Below, one piece after another: positions 28,590 to 41,494 of a stretch of DNA of 64,000 nucleotides. Below the pieces are notes generated by a model. The model saw only the letters and a program-made list of their open reading frames with translations, was not told the origin of the DNA and searched no databases. The stretch is from Lama glama. Lineage: Eukaryota. The first letter of the stretch is position 1. Every line of letters starts with the position of its first letter. A program made the translations under genes and the position numbers. The stretch covers positions 42,162,001-42,226,000 of the forward strand of contig CM052817.1 of the NCBI GenBank assembly GCA_028534125.1, written 5' to 3'.

Positions 28590-29345
28590 GCCCTGATACT
28601 GCAATAGTCTCCTAACTGGTCTTCCTGCTTTCATCTTTTTCCACCTCCAAGTTCACTGTGTCATATCAGCCAGAATGATCTTTGAAAAAATAGAGCCTAT
28701 CAATTTATCCCATGCTGCACTCCTGGGGTTAAACTCCTCTAATGAGCTCCTGTCACACAATATAAAATAACTGAATTCCCTATTACAGTTTATAAAGGAC
28801 ATTAACTAGCCACTGCCTACCTCTCTTACTTCATCTTACTTACAAAACTCCAACCACATTGCTTTTCTTTGTGTTTCTCCAATGTGTGAAGCTGATACTA
28901 ATAGAAAGTTGCAGTGACTTGGAATGTTTCCTCTTCTAGCTCTTGGAATGGCTGCCTTCTTTCTGTTAGTCAACTAGTCAGTCATTCTCTAGGATATTAC
29001 CATGTTTTATTTTATTTTTTAATTTTGGTGAGGAGGTAATTTTGTTTATTTATTTTTAATGGTGGTACTAGGGATTGAACCTAAGACTTCGTGCATGCTA
29101 AGCACACATTCTACCACTCTACCACTGAGCTATACTCTCCCCTCCATATTACCATATTTTAAATCTCTGCAAACCACCTTCTAATATGGACAGTATTATG
29201 TATTTTTGTCTGTTTCTCTTCTCAACCAGACTACAGACTTCATGGAAACTGGAGCTTGTCATCATATTCTGTGCATTAACTCTAGGTCCTAGAACTGTGC
29301 CTAGCACAGAGTAGGTACACAATAAATCTTTGTTAAAGTGACAAG
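28590..29345 (-). mobile_element. L2 LINE relic, interrupted by a SINE
   Basis: 'tactgcaatagtctcctaactggtcttcctgct...cagccagaatgatcttt' and 3' end 'ctagaactgtgcctagcacagagtaggtacacaataaatctttgttaa'. Confidence 0.8.
29010..29145 (-). mobile_element. tRNA-Ala-derived SINE (camelid vic-1-like) inserted in L2
   Basis: SINE head in reverse. 16-bp TSD ATATTACCAT(G/A)TTTTA at 28994-29009 and 29146-29161. Confidence 0.88.
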
Positions 29346-30179
29346 TCTCTAACTTCAAAGAGATTGCAAATCTGGTTGTTTGTCAAAGATAATGTAAATG
29401 AAAAGTGAAATACACAGGCAACCAAGAGAATTGCTGAAAGACAATACAGGATTAAGTACTATATGTGATTAAGTACTACATGAACTTTTTATTATGATAA
29501 AAAGCACTGATTTAATTCAAATGAAAAGGAGGAGGTGACACTTTATATTGCCCTCAGTCATTGGTGTGTATATCAGTGAGATTGTTAGGTTTCCACAAGC
29601 GGAAGGCAAAAGTCTCAGGCAGAGGTGGTTGGAAGGGGGAGAGAGGAGGGAGTGGGTGCAGAATGAGTAAGCAGAGAATTTGAATGCATGCAAACTTTGG
29701 TGAGGGTGGCCTAGCTTGCTCCAGGATGAATTCTTACTATCTGGAGCTTGAGATGAACAAAAGTGGGATGAAATATTTTGAGGCACAACTCTCCATTCCT
29801 GAAGAGTTCTCTCCCCAGCCCCCCACCCCCACTTCCCCATTTCCCCTACCCCACCGTTTCTAGGCTTGGTGAGCTGAACTACGAAGTAGGTTTATAATAA
29901 AAGAGGAAGTTGCCTTCCTTAGGTAAGGGTGCAGCAAGTCGGCTTGCGGTAGTGACGGGGCAGAGGTGGGGCAGAGGTGGGGCAGAGTGAGGGGGCCATC
30001 ACATCCTTTGAGATTGCTACACTTTTAGTCTCCCAGCCACACAGAGGGCTGCTCTGCACAGCTGCTAAAATAGGCCGGGCCTGCAGGATACATGGATCGG
30101 CTCAATTTCTAGAGGACATTTGTTTTTCTAAACTACTTCTCCTCTTTCCAAAACTGGCAAGCCATTAGTCATCTTCAGC

Positions 30180-31130
30180 TCGGCACGAACCCAGAAGTGT
30201 GCGTGTGTGGCTCGCAGGATTCGGATCAGGCCCCGCCCTCGGCCGCCGGGACGCACTGACACCGCGGGGACCTGGCCAGATCCCTTCTGGCCTGGTGAGA
30301 GTAGCTTCTCCCGAGCCACTAGCCGCGGGGCCAGCTCAGCCTCCTCCCCTAAACGGGACCGCCCGGCTGCGCTGTGCCAGCGCGGAGTGCAAGAAAGAAA
30401 GTTTGGAGTGTCAAGGGGAGTTGGGCCGCCGGAGGAAGGGAACCGGAAGGCAGGGGTCTCCGCTCCAAGTCTGCGCGGCGGTGGCCGCGTCCCGGGGGTG
30501 CCTGTCCCGCGGCGCACTGCAGCTGCCGGCATTGAGCCCCCCGGCGGACTGGAACTCCCGGCCCCGGTCCCAGGCGGGCGACCAGAGCTGGGGAGGAACT
30601 TCTCTTGCGAGCTGTCGCCGTGGGCTCTCATTGTCTGCAGGAACTCTCCGGAATCGGGAGGGGGAGGTCTGGATCGCTCTTCCACTGGGATTCGTCAAGA
30701 GTTCCGGCGGCAGCTGCGGCGGTTGCAGAGTCTCCCTTTGTCCTCCTAGGACCTCCCTCCCTCCCTCTCTCCCTCCCTCTGTCAGTTAGTGGGTCCCGCT
30801 GACCCAGGAGCGGGCGCCCTAACTGCTGGCAGTCCCCCGTCCCAGGGTGCGTCCCCGGTAACTCGTACCACAGTAGCGTCCCCACCGAGTCGAGCCGAGG
30901 GGGCTGCGAGCAGGAAGGAGTCGCAGGCCCTTGGCTGCATGATGGTGGCGGGGTTGCCCCCGGCCCGCAGTCCCGGGAGCTGGTTGGTCCCCGGGCTGTG
31001 GCTGCTAGCTCTCAGCGGTCCTGGGGGGCTGACGAGCGCCCAGGAGCAACCCTCCTGCCGAGGAGCCTTTGATCTCTACTTCGTCCTGGACAAGTGAGTG
31101 CGGGAGGGAGTTCCAGGGTCTTCTGGTGAG
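30180..31130. promoter_or_regulatory. CpG island / ANTXR2 promoter and 5' UTR
   Basis: Abrupt GC- and CpG-rich block in otherwise AT-rich, CpG-depleted DNA. Contains a GC box (CCCCGCCC, 30231-30238) and an ETS-like ACCGGAAG (30442), and overlaps exon 1. Confidence 0.9.
30942..31093 (+). CDS. ANTXR2: ANTXR2/CMG2 coding exon 1 (signal peptide and start of vWA domain)
   Basis: Translates [50 protein letters not shown](K), matching the recalled CMG2 N-terminus. ATG at 30942 has A at -3 and G at +4. Donor AA|GTGAGT at 31094. 152 nt. Confidence 0.97.
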
Positions 31131-31573
31131 AGTGGCACTGGGTGGTGAGCTGCTGGGGAGGTTGAGATGTGTGTGCGACCTGGGCAGAAAGATTGGAAAC
31201 CGGTGATGGGTGGGTGCCCTGTTGATACCTCCGTCCGAAAATCAAGCGCTTTCGGATCTGTGCGGGCTGGGGGTGGGGTAGGGGTGACAGGAGGAGGCCT
31301 GAACTGCTAGGCTCTCTGGGGAGATGAGTAGTCACTGCTTGCCAGTCTTGGGACTTCTTGGGAAACGAGATTGTGGCCTCTTGGGGTAGCCTTCTGCGTC
31401 CCTGGAATCCAGACAAGACTCTCGGCTTTCTCTGTTGTGACCCCCTCATGCTGACTAAAGTTTGCCTGGTTTTGTCCTGATCACAGCACTTTCATTGTCA
31501 CTAGGCAAAATCCAAGGTTAACATGCCCGGTGTGGTTTGCATTTCCTGCCAAGGAAGGCTGTATTTATTTTGA

Positions 31574-31843
<270 letters not shown>

Positions 31844-33409
31844 TAAGCAGGGGAGTTTGAAGTGGAGGGAAGTAAATCAAAGGGTAGGGAGGGTATCCTC
31901 TTTTGGACACCTTTTGCAGAGAAAGCCTTTACTGCAATGTTGATTTTTAAGTGTCTCAAGACCTTATCACACACATGCTGTTATTAGGACAGCCCTGCAG
32001 TTGTTGAGGGCTTATTTCATCTGGATCCCAGAAACTTGGCTCTGGCTCTGGGGAAGCATCTTCAAATACTATTCCAAATGTCTTTTCCTTTCTGAATTTT
32101 CATGTTTTGAATTTCAGTTATGCTTTCTCATAATTTATCACATTAAACATTTATGCTAATGGTATCCATAATATATTTTTCTTTCCACACAATTCTTAGC
32201 ATTGTAGAGGTCCTCATTTTAAAAAAAAAGTGTTGGTAAACTTCAAATGAACATGTGTTAATAACCCACTACCAGAAAAGACACTTGTGTGTGTGTTTAA
32301 AGAAACGACTTGTGTTTACACAATGTGTGGGTGTGTGGCTGGTTTAAAATTTAACTGTTCTATATATGCAATAAGCCTTACTAGGAAAGATTGGTTTCCT
32401 ATAAAAAGCACAACTGCTATAAAATCCAGCTTACTCTCTTATTTAGAGGTAACTAGGAATTAGTGGCATCCCTATTTAAAAATACCCCTAGGACACCAGG
32501 CTTTTGAGGCCTTTTTTTCCTCCTCCCTTCCTTTTTTTTTTTTTAAAGAAAAAAAAATGTAATGAGCAAATTCAAGTTTATCAGGATAATGGAAAGGACA
32601 TGAAAAGGAGCTGTATCATTAAATATTGCTTCTTTCAGTCTTGTTAGCCCAAATGTTTTCTGTAAAACAGGCTTGGATGATCAAAACATTTTGAAAGTCA
32701 TGTTGCAAGTAACTTCAAACAATCTGTAGAGGCCTAGGCAATCCTTGCTTTCAGTTATTGGCAGCAGTAAGCTTATCCCTATAAAAATGTATGCTTGTCC
32801 ATGTTCAATCATCAGTCGCCTGCTTAAGAAGCCAAGTATAACACTCATTTCTGGACAGGGTCTGAGGTAGAATTGTCTAGGAAAGAAAAAATGAACAAGG
32901 CTCTGTATCCTTAAATATCAAAGGCAGAAGAGACAGTTGTTTATAAATTTTCTCATTTAATCCAATAGTGTGCAGTGTCCCACAGATTTCCATTGAAAGC
33001 AATGGGTCACTGCAGTACATTTTTAAGAAATGGGGCTCTTATTTGGTTGGGTTTGCAAGTTGGAATTCTCTAATGCACAGTTCTCTGGCTTGACTTTAGT
33101 TGCTGGTTACTAACTAATGATACATTATAGGAAGTGAATAAAGGGTGATTACCCAACAGGATGACTTTTCAAATATGTATAATACTTTGAGATCATTCTG
33201 ATCTTCAGCCGATAGATCTTAGTCTCAGATTTTCAGTTTCAGATCTTAGCAAGAGTTGCATAGAGTGTCTTAGAAACAAGAACCATTCTGTGAGATTAAT
33301 GCCTAAAGCTTAAAAGACGTAGCTATCCAGGGCAATTGTTGCCAATTGAAAATGTGATGTACAAGGCTTGGAAAACTGAAAATGCGCATCAAAACGTGAT
33401 TTGTTCAGC

Positions 33410-33710
33410 AGGAACAGGCTCACAGACATAGAAAACAAACTAATGGTTAACCGGGTGAGGGGGTGGGTGAAGGGAGGATGGGTGGAGAGATAAATTGGGA
33501 GTTTGGGATTTGCAGGTACTAACTGCTACATATAAAATAGATAACAGGGTTCTGCTGTATAGCACAGGGAACTATATTCAGTAGCTTATAATAGCTTATG
33601 GTGAAAAAGAATATGAAATATATAGATATATATAACCAAATCACTATGCTGAACACCAGAAATTAACACAACATTGTAAAATGATTACACTTCAATATAA
33701 AAAAAAATAA
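33410..33710 (+). mobile_element. L1 3' UTR fragment in intron 2
   Basis: 'ctcacagacatagaaaacaaactaatggtta...ctgtatagcacagggaactatattcag...acacttcaatataaaaaaaa'. Confidence 0.85.
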
Positions 33711-34230
33711 GTGAAATGAGATAAACTGCAGTAAATTCATAGCACAAAAAATGTCTTTTGTTCATCACTTTCATTTTGTCCATGACACTCTTTAGTTTTC
33801 TTACTTCAGAATAACTTGTAGGAACTCCTCTCACCATTGTGGCAATTAAATCAAACGGGCTGTTCTCGAGCCCTAAATAGCACTCATGATAATCACTCTG
33901 AAGGGATTGGCCTCCTTGCAGGACGTGAGGTAGAACGCCAAAGGAAGAAGCACTTCCTAGAAACGAATATTGCACTGACCTAGAATTTATCTTCCCAGGT
34001 AGTCTCTCCCTAAATGACCCAATCATTTGGGTCAGGGAGGAGTGCTTGAGGACTGAGAAGCACTGACTAAATCCAAAATGACAAATGCAGTAGTGCTGAG
34101 CAGAGTTGGTGTATCCACTTAGGGAGTTCCATTTAAAAGAAGCCTGGACTATTCAGTGAGACTGATTTTAATTGAGACTCCCTAGCTATACATCTGTATG
34201 GTATCAACATATCTTTTAAAAATGCTTTAA

Positions 34231-34356
<126 letters not shown>

Positions 34357-34809
34357 TAGTAGAGACTAATCTTGAAGGAATGATTGATATTTCGAAGTGG
34401 TGCTTCAGGTCTCTCAGTGGAATCAAGCAAATGCACAAACAATTTAGTTCTCTTCGCTAATAGAGGGGAAAGGAGGTATGAATAATATAAAAGAGCCGAT
34501 AATCTGAAAATCAATTATCATTCATATTGGCTGTGCAATGTGCAGTGAAACCCAGATCCCTGCCTTAGTTGTGTGTATTTACTGCTTTCCAACTTCCCCC
34601 CTCTCTGGTACTATAAGTTGTTCTCCATTTTTCTTGTTTAGATGTAATATATTAATCAATTAGGAATTTGAAGAACATTAGGGAGGAGAAAGACACGGAC
34701 CTATTTGGATATATTACTGGATTGAGCAGACATCCTGTATCTCCAGTCTTACTCTGAGGTCCACTGATGTTGAATATGTTTACCTTTATAAAAGAACTTG
34801 CTTTCAAGT

Positions 34810-34845
34810 ACACAGACACACACACATACACACACATATATATAA
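34810..34845. repeat. Imperfect (CA)n(TA)n microsatellite
   Basis: Directly visible. Confidence 0.8.
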
Positions 34846-35914
34846 ATTCAAATTTATATAAAAAAATTTTTTCCCAAATCAGTGTTATAGTGTTTCATAT
34901 GACCATTTCTATGGCCTTTGAATCCATCATTGTGACAAGTTAGAAGTGGTCATTGACATATTTTGAAGAATAGTTGCTTTCCATAGTGGGAAGGGAGATA
35001 ATTCTGCTTCATATTTGTATTTACTTCAGTTAATACAAAGTATGCAAGATAGTTTTTGCTCAATTCTTGTTGAATAAATGAATGGGTTAATAACATTTGG
35101 AAATCAAATTTCTCCAAACTGTAATTTTAGCAAGAGAGATTGTTGTACTTTGTTTTGCATAATATGTGGATTTCTGAAAAGTTATGTGTATACAGGTTTT
35201 TTTAAATAATGTTTTTCTTTAAAAATGTCAAGAAAGCATAATATTTAAAGGGACTCAGGCAGATAACTTATATATAATTCACAGAATTGACATAGCAAAT
35301 CAGTCAAACTTCTGATTTTTTTCTGCTTTAAGTTTTACTTTTCCTGGATAGGACATCTCTCTGCAGGTGAGCAGTCCAGCTTACAACCTCAGTCATCTCA
35401 CTGACACTTCCTTTCATGCTTTCCTCTGGGCATCTGGGTCTCATCGAGGGCCAGAGCAATAGTAGTCCCTAACAACCCGCATATAGCAGCTTTCTATATC
35501 CACTTACATAACAGTCCTTGCCTTCTTGAAAAGAAGTTATCTCCATTGCCCAGCTTAATTTCCAAAGATACAGCTTTTGATCCAGTCTCTCCATTAGGAG
35601 AAAAAAAGAACCATTTTAACATTTATGGAGTGCATACATAGAGAAAAGCATTTAGAATAATACCAGATGCATAGTGGACTCAGCAATTGTCACCTGCATA
35701 CACTGTGTCCGGTTTTCTGTTAGGTACTTTACATGTGGGTCCTCCAGCACTTTGATGAAGGGCAGTCACTGGTCGACAAGGCTGGCATTCTGTGGGCTTG
35801 CACGGACAGGGTTTAAATGGTTAATCACAATTAGAGATTCTTCCCTTAGCATTAACTCTAACAGGGAAGAGGTTGGAATGGGATAAAGAGGCTTCTATTT
35901 CACGAGGCAGCATA

Positions 35915-36140
35915 ATATTGCAGCTGAAAGCTGCTGAACCAATTTACAAGCGGAATGGTTATGGACAAGTTACTTAACCTCTTCGTGCCTCCCTTTTTTC
36001 CATTTATGTAATGATGATGACGATGATGATAGCAAAACCTTCCTCGTAAGGTTGTTGTAAGAACTGAAGTCAGTGAATGTGGAGAATGTAGGAAGAGTCT
36101 GGCATATATGTAATTCAAGAGATGAAGGCTTTGTTGTTAT
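35915..36140 (+). mobile_element. MIR SINE
   Basis: 'ggacaagttacttaacctcttcgtgcctc...cctcgtaaggttgttgtaagaact'. Confidence 0.7.
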
Positions 36141-37559
36141 TACCTGCAGCTAGGGAATATGTAGTATTTTAATGATCAGGGAGGAATTATGCTTCTATAA
36201 AGAGATTATTGTCTTGTTAGAAAGGATTTATAATATTCCAGGATGAATTTTAGTAATGCACTTTCAACTTGTTTTATATATAGTTGGCTCCCTTGTCTCT
36301 TTTTAAATAGAAATAAGTTCAGTTTTAATAAATTGCACTATTTGTGGCTTATTGAATTAGTTTGGGGGTGTCAGAAAGTACACTAAGAAGGTCTGGGTTA
36401 GAGTTCCAGTTTTGCTACTTATCGATTTAGAGACTTGGGATAAATCATCAATGCAATGTGTCAGTTTTTATGTCTATAAACTGCAGACATAATCTACCAT
36501 GTTTTCTTAAAAGAGTTGTGAAGATCAAAAATAAGAATGCATAGAAAAGTATTTTGTGTATCACAGAAAAGTCTCCACTAAAGGATATTATTTCCTGACC
36601 CTAGTTGTTCTTTTACTAGTTTTATTTAATTAAATTAGTAACTTTTCAAATTTCTATGGTCCTCTATATTTGGATATAAGGTCACTTTCCATCTGTTATA
36701 CACTTTCAAGTGTGTGGAAGCCATTCGCATATTTAGATGCAAGATCACTGAACAAACGTTTTCACAGCTATTGAGCATCCTTCTTTCAAAGCCTAGAAAG
36801 GGGAATTCTATGTATGAACTTTCTGAATGTCATATATCACACTCACAGATGTGAGCAAATGGGAAATGCAAAGGTCAAATACAGCAGGTTTCACAATTTT
36901 CTTTCTCTTGCTTATAACACTTCAGCACCTTGGTAAATATGAGAAGTGCCTCCTTCATGTTTCTCAGAGTGTTGCTAAATATTTTCAGTAGATATGAAGC
37001 AAGATTGGAAGGCAGTGTAGAACCATCTCTTCTGTTAGGGTTTCAGCAGGAAGTACCGGTCGGTACTACGTAAATGCATGAATAGAATAATAAACATGGC
37101 AAGAAATGATCAGCTATACATGTTATATACTCATGATTTTAAAACTTCATTATTTTGTTATTTTAATTTGAAACACTCTCTTCTTCTCTTGCCCCCATGA
37201 GTTTTATCCTTCGTATATCTGTTAGTCCATCCACCTCCCAACCTACCTGCTTTGCCTACCCTATACACAGTGTATTGTTCATTGTGGGCTCTGGGGGTAA
37301 CACAGGGATGAATAATCTCATGTGTGTGAGAGTAGGGGGTGTACACATACATGTGAACAGCTCAGAGCTCTATATAGGATCAGGTATGGGAAAGTGCCAA
37401 GTGTTGGTACAATATGGAAATATCCAGCCTCTCAATATTAGACAATTTAAATCAGGACTAATTTTAAAGGATATTTTTAGGTATTATGTTGTATAATTGG
37501 GGATAGTGAATTATGCTTAGTTCTGTTCAATGTAATCTTAATGGCATAAAAATGATTTA

Positions 37560-37800
37560 ATTAAAAACATTTAGTGAACAATTATTATGTGTTAGATATT
37601 ATGCAAAATGTTTTCCAGTCATTACTTCACTTAACCCTCATATCAACTCTATGTAATAAATACTGTTATTTCAACTTTACAAATGAGGAAACTGAAGCTA
37701 AGAAAGGTAATGTAGTTTATCCAAGGACACAGTTAGTAAGTGGTGAGGAGTGTATTAGCCAGAATGGTCTCTTAAAGTGTAAAGCAGATGATGCTACTCT
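37560..37800 (-). mobile_element. MIR SINE
   Basis: 'ctttacaaatgaggaaactgaagct...ccaaggacacagttagtaagtgg'. Confidence 0.75.
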
Positions 37801-37849
37801 CACACTTAGGACAATCTAATGGCTTAGCATAGAAGACACACGCTTCCCA

Positions 37850-38310
37850 TTGGCCTTAAAGCTCTACCTGATTGCTCACCCAGTCCTCTCCTACAATATC
37901 GTGTGCCACCGTCTCGCCCCCGGCCTTCTTTCCATTCCCACAACAGGCCAAGCTTGTTTCCACTTCAGGAGTTTTGCTCTTTCTCCGCCCTAGATCTTCC
38001 CCTGACTGGCTCATTCTTGTCACTGAGGCCTCATGCCGTGCACCACGTCCTCTGAGAGGCCCCACTTGTCCATCAAGCCTACAGGAACTCTGCCCCATCC
38101 TCCCAGTAATGGCTCACAATACTCTTATCTGGTTGTCACTTTCTGAAATTGTTTAATTAATTAATTGGTTTATTTTATCTCTGTAACCCTAATGCAGACT
38201 GCATGAGAGCAGAGGGGCCTTCTTTGTCTTATTCACCCATATATCTAATACCTAGAACAGAGCTTGGCACACAATAGATACTCAGTGAGTATTTGTTAAT
38301 GAATGATTGA
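37850..38310 (-). mobile_element. L2 LINE 3' relic
   Basis: 'catgagagcagagg...cctagaacagagcttggcacacaatagatactcagtgagtatttgttaatgaatga'. Confidence 0.75.
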
Positions 38311-38749
38311 GTTGGTCTGACTCTAGAACCTGAGTTATTAACTTCTGTCATATTCTGTCTCTCCTTGAGAAGTAAGTGATGACTTACATTTGTTGATTTT
38401 CTCATTCCTATTGTTACAGATCAGTTATAAACATTTTCAACTCTCTTTTCAATACCTTTGTCCCCAAGTTGAAAAAGTCATAATTATTTGACCTGAAAAT
38501 AATAATCAATTACTTAGGAAAAAAATATTTCTTAGGCAAATTTGTAGGAATTTAAAGAGAAGTCAATTGATTAAATTTACATTGAAAAGTATAAATAATA
38601 TACACATTTCTCTTATTTGAAAGGATTTCTCCTAATTCTTTTAAATCGGAATGAAAATTTACTTGTGATAAAACAGGTTTTTATAAGAATTGTTAATCTG
38701 TAAAGTAGTTCATTCATTTTGCATGGAAACTGTCAGTATCTTAAAGTTT

Positions 38750-39290
38750 TGAAGGTTCCTATCAGCAATTCTACTGTTTAGGACTACATCCTACTAATAT
38801 ACTAGCACCACTGGGCAAAGATAAGTCTGTGCAAAATTAAACACGGCAGCATTGTTCATAATAATGAAAATTGTATTAAATTTAAATGCTCATTATTAAA
38901 TCAGAGTGTATTCATAGAGTGACATGCTATACAGTCATGAAAAGAATTGGAAAATCCACATATGTCATGAAAAATTATCTAATATATTAATTGAGAAAAG
39001 CAAGTTTCAGAACATTATGTTAAGGGTGATAAATAAAAATGGTGAAAACATTTTAACTGTTTTTATGGTGTGTGTGTGAGAATAAATGCATGGAAAAAGG
39101 TCTGGAAGATGGGCAACAAATTGCTAACAACAATATGGTCTTAGCAGGGAGATTCAAGGTGGGGAGAGCCTTCATGGTTTTCCATACCTCTGGGTTGTTC
39201 AGTTTTATTTCAACAATAATATATTATTTGTAAAAAAAAAATTAAACAAATGTTGAAATTAAAAAGAAATGTTATTGACTTCTTTTGTAG
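38750..39290 (+). mobile_element. Old L1ME-type 3' relic
   Basis: 'cagcaattctactgtttagga...gcagcattgttcataataatgaaaa...gagaaaagcaagtttcagaac'. Confidence 0.65.
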
Positions 39291-39389
39291 CCAGAGACAA
39301 CTATCTTGCAATAAGAATGGAATTACAGGGCTAAAAAGAGTCGAGAGTAGAGCATATCCAGCTGTTAGCTTGGAGGGTCCTACATGCTC

Positions 39390-39790
39390 CTGGTTAAGTG
39401 AAAGCGCCAGGACTGGGCCTTGGGTCGGAGGGACATAGCAGCTATATACAAGCCGTGTGACTCTGGACAAGTCACTTCCTCTCTTGCTGCCCAGTCCCCG
39501 TGTGTGTTAAAAGGAGCTAATCATGCCCACCAGATTAAAGGGTAGGGATGGTTACATGCATATAGTGATGCGTAGGCCTAACTGATGACAGCGTGGGAAG
39601 GAGGCTGCGGTTGAAATGGGATTTGGGGTGGACCCCATCATCACCATTTTCATCATTGTGTGGCAGAACTGTAACAGAAATTTAGAGAAGTCGAGTGACT
39701 TTGCCCAAAGTGACTCAGCTGAGGAGTTAGAGCCAGGATTCAGGCCCAGTTCTGACTCCTGTGCGTGAGCACTTAACCGCTGCACTGCCT
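39390..39790. mobile_element. Two MIR fragments in opposite orientation
   Basis: 'tgtgactctggacaagtcacttcctctc' (+) followed by 'gtgactttgcccaaag...ccaggattcaggcccag' (-). Confidence 0.65.
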
Positions 39791-41494
39791 CTGGCTCTCT
39801 GTTCCTCTTCTCCAGTTTTCACAATTAGTCAGAATTTGTCATTCTTCAAAGACACCCTCAAAGTGTATTCTGTTCTCTTACAGATCAGTGACATGGTGAG
39901 AGGCACTGACTCTAGTTACTGTTGTTGTTTTTGTTTTGATTTTGATTCTATTAGGGAAGTAATTACTCCTGTTTAGAAGGGTCAGCTTTGGCTACACATT
40001 GTGCTAATCCTGAGAAGTCTGGGCATGGCAGCAACTCAGATTCTAGCTGTGGATATGTGACTAGTTACTTCAGTGAAGTCCCACATCTGCTTTATGAGTA
40101 TGTTCTAGAAAATTAAATACATTGTCACTGATACCTGGGAGACAGACCTGGCACACTGAAGTGGCAAAACGCGAAGGTCACTTCCTCCTCGCACTGAATG
40201 GGAAAATGGTGTAAAAATATACAAAATGCAGTAGATACGAACTTGAGGCGTTAGCTGTGTACCACACTCTGCTAAGTGTAGACTAAATTGGAGAAAACCT
40301 TTCTTCAAAACCCAGATCATGTGGAGCATATTGTAGGCAGATATTTTTGAACCATTTGTTACCTTGGATTCACTGGTCCGGGCTCTGGACCACAGAGACC
40401 TTGGCATGTATTGGTCTTAGAGTGGCCTGTTAAAGAAACCATAAGCAAGTTTTTATATGAAGTACAAGTTATTGAGATAATAGAGTGTATTAGCAGTGTT
40501 TGTGTCTGGAAAATCATCTTTCCCGCTTTTGAAACCTTTAAAAAATTTTTAAGTTGAGGAGCTTGTACGGAACATTTTTTTTTTCCAATTTGTCTTTCAT
40601 GCAGTACGTTGTGCATAGCAGTATATAATAGCACAATTAAATAGATAGCCACGCTGGGTATATTTGAATGCATGAACAGATTTTCCCTTATATAATTTTT
40701 TTCTAATTTTGTCAGACTGATTAATATTGTGACTCGTTAATGGAAGGAGACAATAAAAGTAGTAGATGAAGTTCATTGAGCACATATTATGTGTATCAGA
40801 CATTTTGCTAAATGCTTTATATATGTAATTGCTCAGGTGAGGTACAATGCTAAGTGGATTATAAATCATTAGTAATTTTGTACAGACATCAATAACATCC
40901 TGAGAACATTGTTTTGTTTCATATTCTACTCACTCTGCTAAGTTTTATCTTCTAAAATAAACATGTAATGATGTTATGTAACTGGCTAATCATTATACAA
41001 TTCTTGTGTACTCCTGAATTTTGTTTACAATTTTTTTTATTGCAAGAACTAATGTCCCTGGCTAACAATCTCTTGAGAATAAAGAACAGAACTGACCTAT
41101 GATGTAAATACCTGTAACATTTGTGCTTATGCCGTTACCTAAATTGGCATGTGGTAGCATAGACAAACGAAGCTTTTTGCTTTTGTGGTAGACTGTTCTT
41201 CTGCAGCCTCCGATGAAGCACCAACTACATAGATACACATGTATATTATATACATGTGTATATAATTATATAAATGTAATATGTATAATATATATATCAT
41301 ATATGTATGTAAAATAAATATTTTTTTTAGACATATAACTTTAAAAATCTGGGCTGGGCCATGGCTTTCTTTAACCAATAGAATGCAGCAGACATAACCG
41401 TTAAACTGAGCCTCCGATTACAATTTGCTCACTGCCCTTCCAGGCTTTATTATGAATCTCCTCAAGGTCATTTAGCTCCTACCCTAGTCCCGAT

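Noticed and set aside
1..30000. A second protein-coding gene or processed pseudogene upstream
   Set aside because: None of the 60-128 aa ORFs resembles a protein I recognise; many overlap repeats or low-complexity DNA.
30128..30885. Long overlapping ORFs on both strands (185, 196 and 180 aa) in the CpG island
   Set aside because: Pro/Gly/Arg-rich with no recognisable domain; long open frames are expected from stop-codon scarcity in GC-rich DNA.
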